59,755 bases of DNA from Elusimicrobiota bacterium. Its GTDB lineage: Bacteria; Elusimicrobiota; Elusimicrobia; Elusimicrobiales; UBA9959. Both the position numbers and the translations under genes were made by a program. The notes under the pieces are model-generated. The model had not been told where the DNA came from. It ran no database searches and worked only from the letters and a program-made list of their open reading frames with translations. Shown here one piece after another: positions 8,229 to 17,347 of this stretch (positions are counted from its first letter, which is position 1; each line of letters begins with the position of its first letter). The stretch spans positions 1 to 59,755 of the forward strand of contig JAPLKJ010000273.1 in assembly GCA_026388125.1 (NCBI GenBank). Reading direction: 5' to 3'.

Positions 8229-10181
8229 TCAGGCCACGGGGCTGACCGCCAGCGCTTTTATGGCCTCTCCCGCGGCGCGTATCATCGGCCGGGGAGAGAT
8301 CTCGGCGCCCACGGCCTGCCGCATCCAGTCCCGCGGCGTTATCGAACCCAGCACGCACATCCGCTCCATCTCGGCGCCGAGTTTGTGGGTTTTGAAATAT
8401 TCCTCCACCTGGAACGCTATGATGTGGCCCAGCGGGTAATCGGGCAGGTACATGCCGTAGCAGATCATGTGGGAGTACACGGCCAGTATCGGGCTGGACG
8501 CTCCGCCCAAGAGGGGGGCGAAATATTTATCCCAGATGCTGCCGGCTATGTTCACCGCCGCCTGCCTGAGCTCCTCGGCGCTGGCGTCCTTGTTCTGGTA
8601 AAGCCAGCGCCAGACATGCATGTCCACCAGCGCCACGCCCGCTATTTCCCGTGTAGCCCAGAAAGTGTCCAGCGCTTTGCTGTGGGCGGCTTTGGGGTCC
8701 TTGTTCTCGAAGCCGAGCACTTCCAGGTCCCGGTCCTGAAAAACGAAAGCGAAGCCTTCCGTGAAGGCCGTATTGGGCACGCCGGCGAGCAGGGTATGGT
8801 CCACGCGGTAAAGCGAGAACACCTGCTCCACGCAGTGGCCGAGCTCGTGCATGGCCACGTTGAAGCCCTGGTAATCGAAGCCGGCCGCGGGCACGCGGGT
8901 GCGCAAATGCGCTTTTTCAGTGCGCATCTGCGCGCCCCAGGCGTGGCCGGAGCCCCTGGCGGCGTCCACCTCTATCCTTTCCGCCACGAAAGCCGCGGTG
9001 TCCCTGGCGAAGCCGAGTTTCTCAAGGATGTTGGCTATGTCTTTCTCGAAAGCTGCGGGCGTAGGGTATCTTTTGGCCGCCAGCCTGTCCAGCTCCTCCA
9101 GGGCTATGGCGGACCGCGCTTTAAAACCGTCGTACCAGATATCGAACGGCTCGAGGGTACGGCCCAGGCGCGCCTTTATCAGGCCGGCCGCCTCTTTGCC
9201 CGCGGGCGCCTGCAGCAGCTCAGTAAACATCCTTTCAACTTCTTCCTCGGGTATCTCCCGGACCAGGTTGAACTTTCTGCCGATATGCGTAGGTTCCAGC
9301 GGGTAAAATTCGTCCTCCGCCAGATGCGCTTTAAAAACGTCCAGGAAAAGCTTGTAGCGGGTATCGGGCTCGCGCTCCGCTTTGCTCCCGTCCAGGGTGT
9401 TGTTGACCGGGTCGTACGAGCAGAGGCCGCTGTCGATGAACTTCAGCGGGATCTCCTGGGCTATGATCCGCTCCATCACGGCGCAGATCAGGCGCTGTTT
9501 TTCCAGGCCGGAGCCGGGGGCCGAATAAAAGGATTTCAGATGATCACGCAGCCCCCAGTGCGAGATCAGGCGCGGGCCGCCTGGGAAAGCGGCAACGCCG
9601 TTCCCGTCGGTGACCTTGTCCATATAGATGTTATAGCCGCTGACATAGCTCTCGGCGGCCGCGCTGGCGCGGCTCAGGCGCTGATTCACCTCGGCCGGCA
9701 CCCGGTGCGCGAAGCACTTGCCCAGCCGCATCGCGGCCCACTCCGCCCGTGTCCAGGCGCCGCCGCCGGCCAGGCACTCGGCCAGGGTCCTGACCGGGAA
9801 ATTCAGCAGCGCCATGAAAGCCAGCTTCGCGGCGAACATATCGTCGCTGAAATGCGCGCCGGGCGAATAGGCGGAGAACAGGCGGTCGGCCGGGTGCAGC
9901 GGCCCGGTGTCTTCGTCGGTCTCGTGGCGCAGCCTGAGCGCCAGCGTGTTGAAATGGCCGTTGGCGTATTCCAGCTTTTCCTCGAACCTGGAGAACAGCG
10001 TGTGAAGGTTCTCGCCGGTAAAAAAATTATCGCGGCAAAAATCACTGAATTCCCTGGCCGTGCCGTCCTTTTTCGTCCACAGGCGGGCCGTCTGTTTAAC
10101 GCAATCGCTTATGCGCTCGACTTCGGCCGGATGTTTTTTTACGAGCCTCTCTATAACTTTGTTGACCGTTGCGTCTTTCAT
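8229..10181 (-). CDS. Putative cytoplasmic zinc metallopeptidase (HEXXH gluzincin), family not recognised
   Basis: 650 aa with no signal peptide. HELGH motif followed about 25 residues later by TAFTEGFAF, a candidate third ligand Glu. Confidence 0.55.
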   Translation of the reverse strand: MKDATVNKVIERLVKKHPAEVERISDCVKQTARLWTKKDGTAREFSDFCRDNFFTGENLHTLFSRFEEKLEYANGHFNTLALRLRHETDEDTGPLHPADRLFSAYSPGAHFSDDMFAAKLAFMALLNFPVRTLAECLAGGGAWTRAEWAAMRLGKCFAHRVPAEVNQRLSRASAAAESYVSGYNIYMDKVTDGNGVAAFPGGPRLISHWGLRDHLKSFYSAPGSGLEKQRLICAVMERIIAQEIPLKFIDSGLCSYDPVNNTLDGSKAEREPDTRYKLFLDVFKAHLAEDEFYPLEPTHIGRKFNLVREIPEEEVERMFTELLQAPAGKEAAGLIKARLGRTLEPFDIWYDGFKARSAIALEELDRLAAKRYPTPAAFEKDIANILEKLGFARDTAAFVAERIEVDAARGSGHAWGAQMRTEKAHLRTRVPAAGFDYQGFNVAMHELGHCVEQVFSLYRVDHTLLAGVPNTAFTEGFAFVFQDRDLEVLGFENKDPKAAHSKALDTFWATREIAGVALVDMHVWRWLYQNKDASAEELRQAAVNIAGSIWDKYFAPLLGGASSPILAVYSHMICYGMYLPDYPLGHIIAFQVEEYFKTHKLGAEMERMCVLGSITPRDWMRQAVGAEISPRPMIRAAGEAIKALAVSPVA

Positions 10182-10226
10182 GGTTATTCCCCTGTCCTGA
10201 ACATTGCCGTGCCCTGATTTACTAAA

Positions 10227-10262
10227 GCACCCGCCCGCGCCTGTAGGGGCGCGGGCGGGTGC
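10227..10262 (-). terminator. 15-bp perfect GC hairpin downstream of the TldD-like gene
   Basis: GCACCCGCCCGCGCC (10227-10241) pairs with GGCGCGGGCGGGTGC (10248-10262). Only a short T tract follows on the minus strand. Confidence 0.4.
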
Positions 10263-10280
10263 TCCATATTGCCGCCGCTC

Positions 10281-11966
10281 TTACTTGGCGAAGAACGGGT
10301 GAGCGAGGTACGGGATGCGGTCCGGCTTGTCCTCGGTCTTCTTAAGTTCCATCTCCTGCACCAGGATGGACGGCGCCACCAGCGAGGCTGGCGGGGTCCA
10401 GGCCAGGTTGTAGACCTTCATCTCCTTTGAAACGGCCACGATGTCGCGCAGCGAGCGCAGGCCGGCGCCGATGAACTCTATGGCGTGCACCGGTTCCTCG
10501 CGGCCGTCGGCGGTGTAGACCTTGTAGGCCGAGAATGAACCGCGGAAGCTGTCTATGTCACGCACCAGCAGGCAGTATTCCAGCTCCTGCTCGCGGCACA
10601 GGTCCAGGAACTTCTTCTTCAGCTCCGGCATGGACAACACGCGGGGGGAGTTCGCCTGCGGCTCGATGAAGACGTTGCCCGGGCCGCCGCTGGTATATTC
10701 ATGGTACTCGCCGCGGCCGTGGCCGTTGGAGGTCTTGAAATCGCGGGTGGCGGCCCTGAAGCGGTACACGTCCTTCAGCTTGCCTTTTTCCACCAGCGTC
10801 ACTTTGCGGGCCGGCACGCCTTCGTCGTCCACGGTGTAATGCCCCATCAGCGCCGCGCCGTTGTACTCGGTGGCCAGCGGGTCGTCCACAACGTTGAGGA
10901 ACGGCGGCATAACGCGCATGTCGAGGCGCTCCACCAGCTCGCCGGCGCGCCGGTAGACGGACTCGGTGGACCATTTATTGGTCTCTTTCCAGATCTCGCG
11001 CGGATTGGCGATATTGTTCACGAAGAAATGATCGAAGAACCTGGCCGCGGCGTTCTCCTCGAACAGCACAGGGCCGATGTAGGCTTTCATCGTCACCGAC
11101 TTATTCATATCGGTCAGGCGCGCGGCCATCTGCTCCGCTTTTTTGACGATGGTCTCGAAAGGAGGCAGGTCGGCCGGGGCGCAGAAGCCGAAGCGCGAGC
11201 TGGCGCCCAGTTTATAGCCGTCAGGCGAGTAGGTCTTGGCCTCTATCTCGATGGCGCCGCTGCAGTAGGGCTTTTTGAACGCCGAACCTTCGCTGTTCAG
11301 GAAGCGGGCGGCGCCGTGGTCGTAGGAAAGCGTGACCTGGGAATACTTAACGGCCGGGTATGCGGTGAAGACAGCCGACAGCTTCTTCATCCGCTCGGTC
11401 CAGAGCTTCTCGTCGAGGCGCTCGGCGGGCACGGGCAGGAAGGCCGTGTAGACGGGCTCCGCGGTAAGGTCGTCGTAGAGCTCGGTCATGTTCTTCGATT
11501 CCTTGAAAGCCTTCTTTTTTGAATAGTTATCAAGGGCGCTCTTATAGGCCTCGTCGGTCAGCGACCAGATGCTGAAGCGCAGGCTGTCGTAGTTGTCGTT
11601 CATGGCCACGCCGTAATCCACGGAGGGCCGGTATTCGCCCCAGGCGTTGCCGACGTAATTGGTGTTGTCGAAACTCTTGTCGCCCACGCGCACTTCGGCC
11701 TTCACGCGGCGGTAGGGATACGAGTTGAACCCTTCCGTGGCGCCGAAAGTGGCGCTGATGTAGCAGCCGGTGCCGTCGGTTACAGTGTAGGCCATGAAAT
11801 ACGGCTTCTGCAGGTTGTCCATCTTGAGTTTACCCATCGAGCGCGCCATTTCGTCGTTCATGGCCTTGAAGACGGGGTCACCTTCCGGCACGGCGCACGG
11901 GGCGGCCGCGCAGAAGGTCAGCGTCAGCAGCGCGGCAAAAAAACTATTTTTATATATGTTTTTCAT
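10281..11966 (-). CDS. Exported TldD/PmbA-family metallopeptidase-like protein
   Basis: 561 aa with a signal peptide. GHYTVDDEG and the C-terminal APSILVQEMEL region resemble TldD/PmbA. Paralogous to the next gene. Confidence 0.7.
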   Translation of the reverse strand: MKNIYKNSFFAALLTLTFCAAAPCAVPEGDPVFKAMNDEMARSMGKLKMDNLQKPYFMAYTVTDGTGCYISATFGATEGFNSYPYRRVKAEVRVGDKSFDNTNYVGNAWGEYRPSVDYGVAMNDNYDSLRFSIWSLTDEAYKSALDNYSKKKAFKESKNMTELYDDLTAEPVYTAFLPVPAERLDEKLWTERMKKLSAVFTAYPAVKYSQVTLSYDHGAARFLNSEGSAFKKPYCSGAIEIEAKTYSPDGYKLGASSRFGFCAPADLPPFETIVKKAEQMAARLTDMNKSVTMKAYIGPVLFEENAAARFFDHFFVNNIANPREIWKETNKWSTESVYRRAGELVERLDMRVMPPFLNVVDDPLATEYNGAALMGHYTVDDEGVPARKVTLVEKGKLKDVYRFRAATRDFKTSNGHGRGEYHEYTSGGPGNVFIEPQANSPRVLSMPELKKKFLDLCREQELEYCLLVRDIDSFRGSFSAYKVYTADGREEPVHAIEFIGAGLRSLRDIVAVSKEMKVYNLAWTPPASLVAPSILVQEMELKKTEDKPDRIPYLAHPFFAK

Positions 11967-12011
11967 TTTATCTTTCCCTTGTATTAGTGGTTGAAGTTCG
12001 CGGTCAGCGCC

Positions 12012-12260
12012 TTATTTGTCGTGCAGGGGCGGCTCGAGCACGGGCGGCTTCTCCTGCGACTTCTTCGACTTCTCCACCTCTATTTCAGAGAGCAGGATGC
12101 TGGGCGACACCCCGGAAACGGGCACCCAGCCTGACTCCGCGCCGCAGGTGCCGTTGAAAACGTCGGTATCGTCGGCGGCGCCTATTATTTTGCTGAAGTT
12201 GGCTATGGGCGTGCCCACAATATCGACGCCGCGCACTATTTCGTCCGGGCGGCCGTCCAC
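12012..12260 (-). CDS. TldD/PmbA-family C-terminal fragment (disrupted gene)
   Basis: GTCGAESGWVPVSGVSPSILLSEIEV matches the TldD/PmbA C-terminal signature. Similarity in this frame already starts near 12278 (ELYRVYVDG). Confidence 0.55.
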   Translation of the reverse strand: MDGRPDEIVRGVDIVGTPIANFSKIIGAADDTDVFNGTCGAESGWVPVSGVSPSILLSEIEVEKSKKSQEKPPVLEPPLHDK

Positions 12261-13414
12261 GTAAACGCGGTAGAGTTCTGTATCAGGTCCACGCGCTGGG
12301 CCTTCACGCCTTCGTCGTCGTAGGTGTAATGGCCGCGCAGCGGGATGCCGTTGAACGCCTTCAGGTTGGGGTCGTCGTAAACGGTGATGAAATCCGCGGT
12401 GATCTTCTGGTTGAGCTTTTTCGCGAAGGTCTGGCCCGAATCCTCCAGCTTCTGGCGGTGCCCCTCGAGGCGGTGGCCGATGATCTCGTGGAAATACACG
12501 CCGGCGGGCCGGGCGTTGAGGATGGCGGGCCCGCTGAAGGGGTCCACCAGCGGCGCCGTCTTGAGCGCCTTAAGCTCGGTAATGGAGCGCTCTATGTCCT
12601 TCAGCACCACCTCGTCCGAGGGCAGCCGGTCGGGCGAGACGTCGTTGTACTGCATGCTGCGGGAAAGCTCCATGCCGTCGTCCGTGCGCGAAGAAATATT
12701 GTAGCCCATGGTCACGTAAACGTTGCCGGTCTTGACGCGCGTGCCCTCGCTGTTCACTATCCAGCGGTTGTCGGCGGAAACCCGCATCCAGGCGCTGCCC
12801 TGGTAAATGAACGGATAGGGGAGGAACTTCGCGGTAAGCCTGTCCAGCCTGGCCTTCCAGGCGGCCTTGTCGAAGGACGGCATGTCGGCGGTTTCATAAA
12901 AGGCCGCGGCGGGGGCAGTTGAGAAATCAGGCGAGGGGTCCTCTTCGCTGGCCGTGATGGCCTTGTTCATCTTCACCTTGGTGAAAGCCTCGTAAGAGCG
13001 CTTGAAGGCGGCGTCGGTGTATTCCCACACGCGGGAACGGATGGCGTTCTCGTCCTCATCCAGCGGGATGTACTGCGTGTAATTGGTCGGGTAGTTGTAG
13101 GAATTGTCGCCTTTTACCTGGTGGGTGTTGTCCAGGTTGTAATCGTTGAAGCGGGCGTCTATGTCCAGGCGGCGGCGCTGGCTTTCGTTCTCGGAATCGA
13201 TGGCGCCCATGAAGGAAGACACGCTGTACTGGTTGGTGTCTATAACCTCATAGCCCAGGAAATAAAGCGGCGTTTTTTCAGCGGTCTTGAGCACGCCGAA
13301 CGACCGGTCCAGCTCTTTGGTAAGCGCGTTCATTACCGTGTCGGTCTGAACGGCCGCGGCGAAGGCGGGGGCCGCCAGCACCTGTAGAACGCACATAAGG
13401 AATAGTTTACGCAT
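12236..13414 (-). CDS. Exported TldD/PmbA-family N-terminal fragment (disrupted gene)
   Basis: The ATG at 13414 has a GGAGG RBS. Signal peptide MRKLFLMCVLQVLAAPAFA. HEIIGHRLEGH metal-binding motif. Similarity is lost after YDDEGVKAQRVDLIQ. Confidence 0.6.
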   Translation of the reverse strand: MRKLFLMCVLQVLAAPAFAAAVQTDTVMNALTKELDRSFGVLKTAEKTPLYFLGYEVIDTNQYSVSSFMGAIDSENESQRRRLDIDARFNDYNLDNTHQVKGDNSYNYPTNYTQYIPLDEDENAIRSRVWEYTDAAFKRSYEAFTKVKMNKAITASEEDPSPDFSTAPAAAFYETADMPSFDKAAWKARLDRLTAKFLPYPFIYQGSAWMRVSADNRWIVNSEGTRVKTGNVYVTMGYNISSRTDDGMELSRSMQYNDVSPDRLPSDEVVLKDIERSITELKALKTAPLVDPFSGPAILNARPAGVYFHEIIGHRLEGHRQKLEDSGQTFAKKLNQKITADFITVYDDPNLKAFNGIPLRGHYTYDDEGVKAQRVDLIQNSTAFTWTAARTK

Positions 13415-13515
13415 GATACCTCCGAAGAATAAGTTTCCGCCGCGCACTGCCCGCCGGAGCCGCCCGGCGGTATGACTACAGAATATAATTAATTTATACG
13501 AACAAACAACCGCTA

Positions 13516-14451
13516 TTACCCGGCGGCCTGCCACGCGCAGCGGTCGGTCACGCGCGCGCTCTTCTGGCTGGAGATCCTGCAGGAGCAGTAGCCGGGGCTA
13601 GTATGCGGGTTGCTCTCGCGGCAGCCCCTCCAGCTGTTGTGCCAGGTCACGTCCACGTCGCACACGTAGATGTCATTGCCGTCCTTTTTCATCGTGCGCC
13701 ATTCCGTGTCCGTGCTGTCCCAGGTCATGCCGCCTTCCGAACAGGGCACCCAGCCGTAGCCGTTCTCGTCCCAGGAGGGATTATAGCGCGTGAATTCCAC
13801 GCTGCGCGCCGGCATGGCGGGCTGTTCGCCGAGCATTACCAGGTAAAGTGCCGTCACAGCCGCCGCCAGGCGCGGCCTGTCCGTGGAGCCTTTCACCGAC
13901 TTCCCGCGGAAAACCAGGGTTCCGGCGCCGCCTGCATAGGAGAAGGAAAGCCCGCCGCCCAGCGTTTTTAATTCCGCGTCCGCGTTTAAAGGAGCGTCGC
14001 CGGCCACCGACATGCCGGTCAGCTCATAGGTGCCGTCAGCGCCGCTTATCTCGAGCATTATCGCCCCGAAGGTCAGCCTGTAGGCTTTCCCGGCCGAAAC
14101 ATCCGCCTGCCCGGCCTCTTTTTTACCGTCTATTTCCATCTCGGCCTTCCAGCCGGTTCCGGCTTTCGTTACCGTCACGCGCGCCTTCAAAGCGGCGTCG
14201 AAAGCCGCTATTGTCCCGTTGCCGTAGAACCCGGGCCGGATATCGAAATTAACTTCGGCGGGGAGGTTCATGTCAGCGCCGACCGCCACGCGTACCGGAG
14301 CGCCGGCCGGCGGAACCAGGGCCGGCTCCTGCGGCAAGTAGCTCCCCCTCGTAGTTTTGCCGTCGAAGGAGATAGTCGGCCCTGCTTTGGTCCCTGATGC
14401 CGTGGCAAGCATTACCGCGAACACCGCTATCAGAACATTGCTCTTTTTCAT
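13516..14451 (-). CDS. Secreted protein with a Cys/Trp-rich C-terminal domain, function unknown
   Basis: The ATG at 14451 gives signal peptide MKKSNVLIAVFAVMLATASG. The last ~90 aa contain six Cys and many Trp. Confidence 0.5.
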   Translation of the reverse strand: MKKSNVLIAVFAVMLATASGTKAGPTISFDGKTTRGSYLPQEPALVPPAGAPVRVAVGADMNLPAEVNFDIRPGFYGNGTIAAFDAALKARVTVTKAGTGWKAEMEIDGKKEAGQADVSAGKAYRLTFGAIMLEISGADGTYELTGMSVAGDAPLNADAELKTLGGGLSFSYAGGAGTLVFRGKSVKGSTDRPRLAAAVTALYLVMLGEQPAMPARSVEFTRYNPSWDENGYGWVPCSEGGMTWDSTDTEWRTMKKDGNDIYVCDVDVTWHNSWRGCRESNPHTSPGYCSCRISSQKSARVTDRCAWQAAG

Positions 14452-14685
14452 ATTTCCCTTTTTAAACCCTATTGAATTTGAAGGCCACACCTGATGTGGA
14501 GCAATTTTTATGCCAACCGTCAAAAAAGCCAATTCCCTAAGAGCCGGATTAGTAAAAATCAGGTTTTCCAGCCCGATAATAACAGGCTTTTTAAGATTTC
14601 AGGAAACTGCTCCGACTTCCGGTTTTCTATAGAAATTTATGGAAGGGGAGCGGCTCTTTGAATAATTTTACGCAGAGAAAAGAAC

Positions 14686-14713
14686 GAAACAAAAAGAGCC
14701 TGCGGTAACAGGC
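14686..14713 (-). terminator. Intrinsic terminator after mutL
   Basis: On the minus strand, the GCCTG-ttaccg-CAGGC hairpin is followed by TCTTTTTGTTT. Confidence 0.55.
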
Positions 14714-14730
14714 CTTATATTTACTGCAGC

Positions 14731-16503
14731 TCACAGCGCGCTGCTGCGCTGGAAACGGCGGGCTATTTCGGTACCGGAAAGGTAGAACAGCGTAGGCCGG
14801 CCGTGCGGACAATGGTAGCTGTCCTTGGTTTTCTTCAGGTCGGCCATCAGGCGGGCCGCTTCCTGCGGCTTCACGAAATCGCGGGCTTTTATCGACTTCT
14901 TGCAGGCCATGGTGGCTATGATATTGCGCTTGATGTCCTCGGCGGCCTTGCCCGGCTCGCCCAGCACTTCCGACAGGTAGCCTATGAACTCGGCGAAAGC
15001 GGGCTGTGTGAAGTAGAAAAGCGACGGCGCCGCGCGCAGCAGCGCCACGGCCGGCCCGCGCTGGTCTATTTCGAAACCGGCGGTCTTCAGCCAGCCGCTC
15101 CACTTCAGCACGGTCTCCATCTGCGAGCGGGAAAGCTCGGCCTCGAGCGGCACCAGCAGCGGCTGCACTTTTATGGCCCCCTGAGAGAATTCCTCCAGGT
15201 ATTTTTCGAACAGCACCCGCTCCTGCGCCGCGTGCTGGTCCACCACCAGCAGGCCGGCCGCGCTTTCGAACAGCAGGTAGCTCTTGGCCAGCTGGCCGAG
15301 GTATGCCGGCTCATGAGCGCGCCAGTCCTCAGCGGGGAAAGCTTCCTGCGCCGGCTGCCGCTGCGCGGGAGCGCTGAACAGCCCGCCGGTCTCAGCGGCC
15401 GGCGCCGGCGCGGCGGCGGCTTCGCGGTAGGCCGGCACGTCCGGCGCGGAGAATTTGTTGCCGCCCTCGGCGGCCGGGGGAGCGAACTCCACCGCCGGGG
15501 TCTGCTTGCTGAGCAGCTCCTCGTAAACCGTGTTCGAAATGGTCTTGAAGATCTCGTTCTCTCCGGAGAATTTTACGTCGCGCTTCTGCGGGTGGATGTT
15601 GGCGTCGAAAGCGCCGGGGTCCAGCTCCAGGAACAGCGCGCAGGCGGGGTGGCGGCCGGTGAGCATATGCCCGTAGCCGCGGTACAGCGCCTGCCTGAGG
15701 ATGGCCGAGCCCACGGGGCGGCGGTTCACGAAGAAATACTGGTTGAGCCGGGTGGCGCCCAGCGCGTCGGGGCGGGACACGAAGCCGTAGACGGCCATCC
15801 CTTCGGCCTTGCCTTCCAGGCGGGCCAGGCCGGCGTAAACGCTTTTGCCGAACACCGCGGCGGCCCGGTTCTTGAGGTTCTCCCACATGCCGCCGGGCAG
15901 GGCCGGCACGGAAAGTATCTCGGCGCCGTCTATGACCAGCCTGAAAGCGGTGCCGCAGTTGGCCAGGGCGGCCTCCTCCACCGTGCGGATGATCTGTGCG
16001 CGCTCGGAGGCGTCGCTTTTCATGAACTTGGCGCGCGCGGGGGTGTTGAAGAACAGGTCGGCGGCCTCGATGGTGGTGCCGGCCACGGGCGGGGCGGGCA
16101 ATTCCGCCACTACGCGGCCGCCTTCGCCCTCTATGGCGAAGCCGGAGGCCGCGCCGGCGCGGAAAGAGGCCATTTTTAGGCGCGAGACGGCGAAAATGGA
16201 ATACAGGGCTTCGCCCCGGAAGCCGAAGGTGGCCAGGGAATAAAGATCGTCGAAAACGTTCAGCTTGCTGGTGGCGTGGCGGCCCAGCGCCAGGCGCAGG
16301 TCCTCGCGGTCCATGCCGCGCCCGTCGTCATGCACGCGGATCAGGCCGCGGCCGGCTTTTTTTATCTCTATCTCTATCTTCGCCGCCCCGGCGTCCAGGG
16401 AGTTCTCTATAAGCTCTTTCAGCACGGAGGCTGGCCGCTCTATCACTTCGCCGGCGGCTATTTTCGAGACCACGTCTTCGGGCAGAACTTTGATTTCAGG
16501 CAT
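14731..16503 (-). CDS. mutL: DNA mismatch repair protein MutL (endonuclease type)
   Basis: GHKL ATPase motifs (ELIENSLDAGA). DQHAAQERVLFE endonuclease motif. C-terminal CPHGRPT. Confidence 0.95.
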   Translation of the reverse strand: MPEIKVLPEDVVSKIAAGEVIERPASVLKELIENSLDAGAAKIEIEIKKAGRGLIRVHDDGRGMDREDLRLALGRHATSKLNVFDDLYSLATFGFRGEALYSIFAVSRLKMASFRAGAASGFAIEGEGGRVVAELPAPPVAGTTIEAADLFFNTPARAKFMKSDASERAQIIRTVEEAALANCGTAFRLVIDGAEILSVPALPGGMWENLKNRAAAVFGKSVYAGLARLEGKAEGMAVYGFVSRPDALGATRLNQYFFVNRRPVGSAILRQALYRGYGHMLTGRHPACALFLELDPGAFDANIHPQKRDVKFSGENEIFKTISNTVYEELLSKQTPAVEFAPPAAEGGNKFSAPDVPAYREAAAAPAPAAETGGLFSAPAQRQPAQEAFPAEDWRAHEPAYLGQLAKSYLLFESAAGLLVVDQHAAQERVLFEKYLEEFSQGAIKVQPLLVPLEAELSRSQMETVLKWSGWLKTAGFEIDQRGPAVALLRAAPSLFYFTQPAFAEFIGYLSEVLGEPGKAAEDIKRNIIATMACKKSIKARDFVKPQEAARLMADLKKTKDSYHCPHGRPTLFYLSGTEIARRFQRSSAL

Positions 16504-16570
16504 AATTATACGTCCGGGGCCGGGTTTGCTCGCCGGCCAGCGTCACAAAAATATTTTACTTTATTTGGCC

Positions 16571-17305
16571 TCAGGTGAGGTGCACTATGGTAGCGAAGAG
16601 GTTCACCAGGGCGTGCAGCATGATGTTCACCGGCAGCCGCCGGTGCTTCTCGTAAACATAGCCCAGCAGCAGGCCTACGGGGAACACCATCAGCGTGGCG
16701 CCCAGGTGCGCGGCGGCGAAAACGGCGCTGGAGAAAAACAGGACGGGCAGGAAACCGGACTTTTTTCTTAACGAGGCGTATAACAGCCTGCGGAAGAACA
16801 GCTCCTCGCCCACAGGGGCGAGCACGCAGAAGCCGACCAGCAGGAAGAAGAAGCGCAGGTCCGACCGCCCCATCACGGTCCGCACCGCCGCGTACATGGT
16901 GTCGGGAGACGCGACCTTTCCTACTATTTCAGCCGCGGGTTTGGAAAAAAACCAGGCCGTCAGGAACACTATAAGCACTATGACGCCGGTTATCACCAGG
17001 TAAACGCCGAAATATTTAAAAGCCAGCTTCACGTCGCGGCCCAAGTCGGCGCGCCACTCGCGCCCGGCGGCGGCAAGGTCCACGCCGTATTTTTTTAGCG
17101 TCAGCAGGCACAGGAAGATATAGGCCAGGCCCTGCATGAAGCTCGTGACCTCTAAATAATCCAGGTTCAGCTTCAGCAGCTTATTGAATACGGCCAGCCC
17201 CAGCAGCGAGGCCGCCACGGCGCAGACGGTTATGAACAGGAAAAGCAGCGCCAGCTGCTTGAGCGAATCACAGGCTTTGATCCCGGCGAAATTATCGTTT
17301 TCCAT
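16571..17305 (-). CDS. CPBP-family intramembrane glutamic endopeptidase (CAAX protease-like)
   Basis: Polytopic protein with EELFFRRLL motif 1 and FAAAH / MLHALVN His motifs. Confidence 0.8.
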   Translation of the reverse strand: MENDNFAGIKACDSLKQLALLFLFITVCAVAASLLGLAVFNKLLKLNLDYLEVTSFMQGLAYIFLCLLTLKKYGVDLAAAGREWRADLGRDVKLAFKYFGVYLVITGVIVLIVFLTAWFFSKPAAEIVGKVASPDTMYAAVRTVMGRSDLRFFFLLVGFCVLAPVGEELFFRRLLYASLRKKSGFLPVLFFSSAVFAAAHLGATLMVFPVGLLLGYVYEKHRRLPVNIMLHALVNLFATIVHLT

Positions 17306-17347
17306 AGCGCGGGCGCGGGGCCCGCCGGCGGGCCGGGGAAGAACTGT

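Noticed and set aside
8385-10217. 610-aa plus-strand ORF
   Set aside because: Antisense to the HEXXH peptidase gene. Low-complexity R/G/A/V composition with no motifs.
14452-14730. AT-rich 280-nt gap, inspected for a small RNA gene; it includes a CCGGAAG...GGAGCAG stretch resembling the SRP RNA domain IV
   Set aside because: The flanks do not pair around a GGAA tetraloop and no tRNA-like T-arm is present. The gap is best explained as the mutL terminator plus the promoter region of the 13516-14451 gene.
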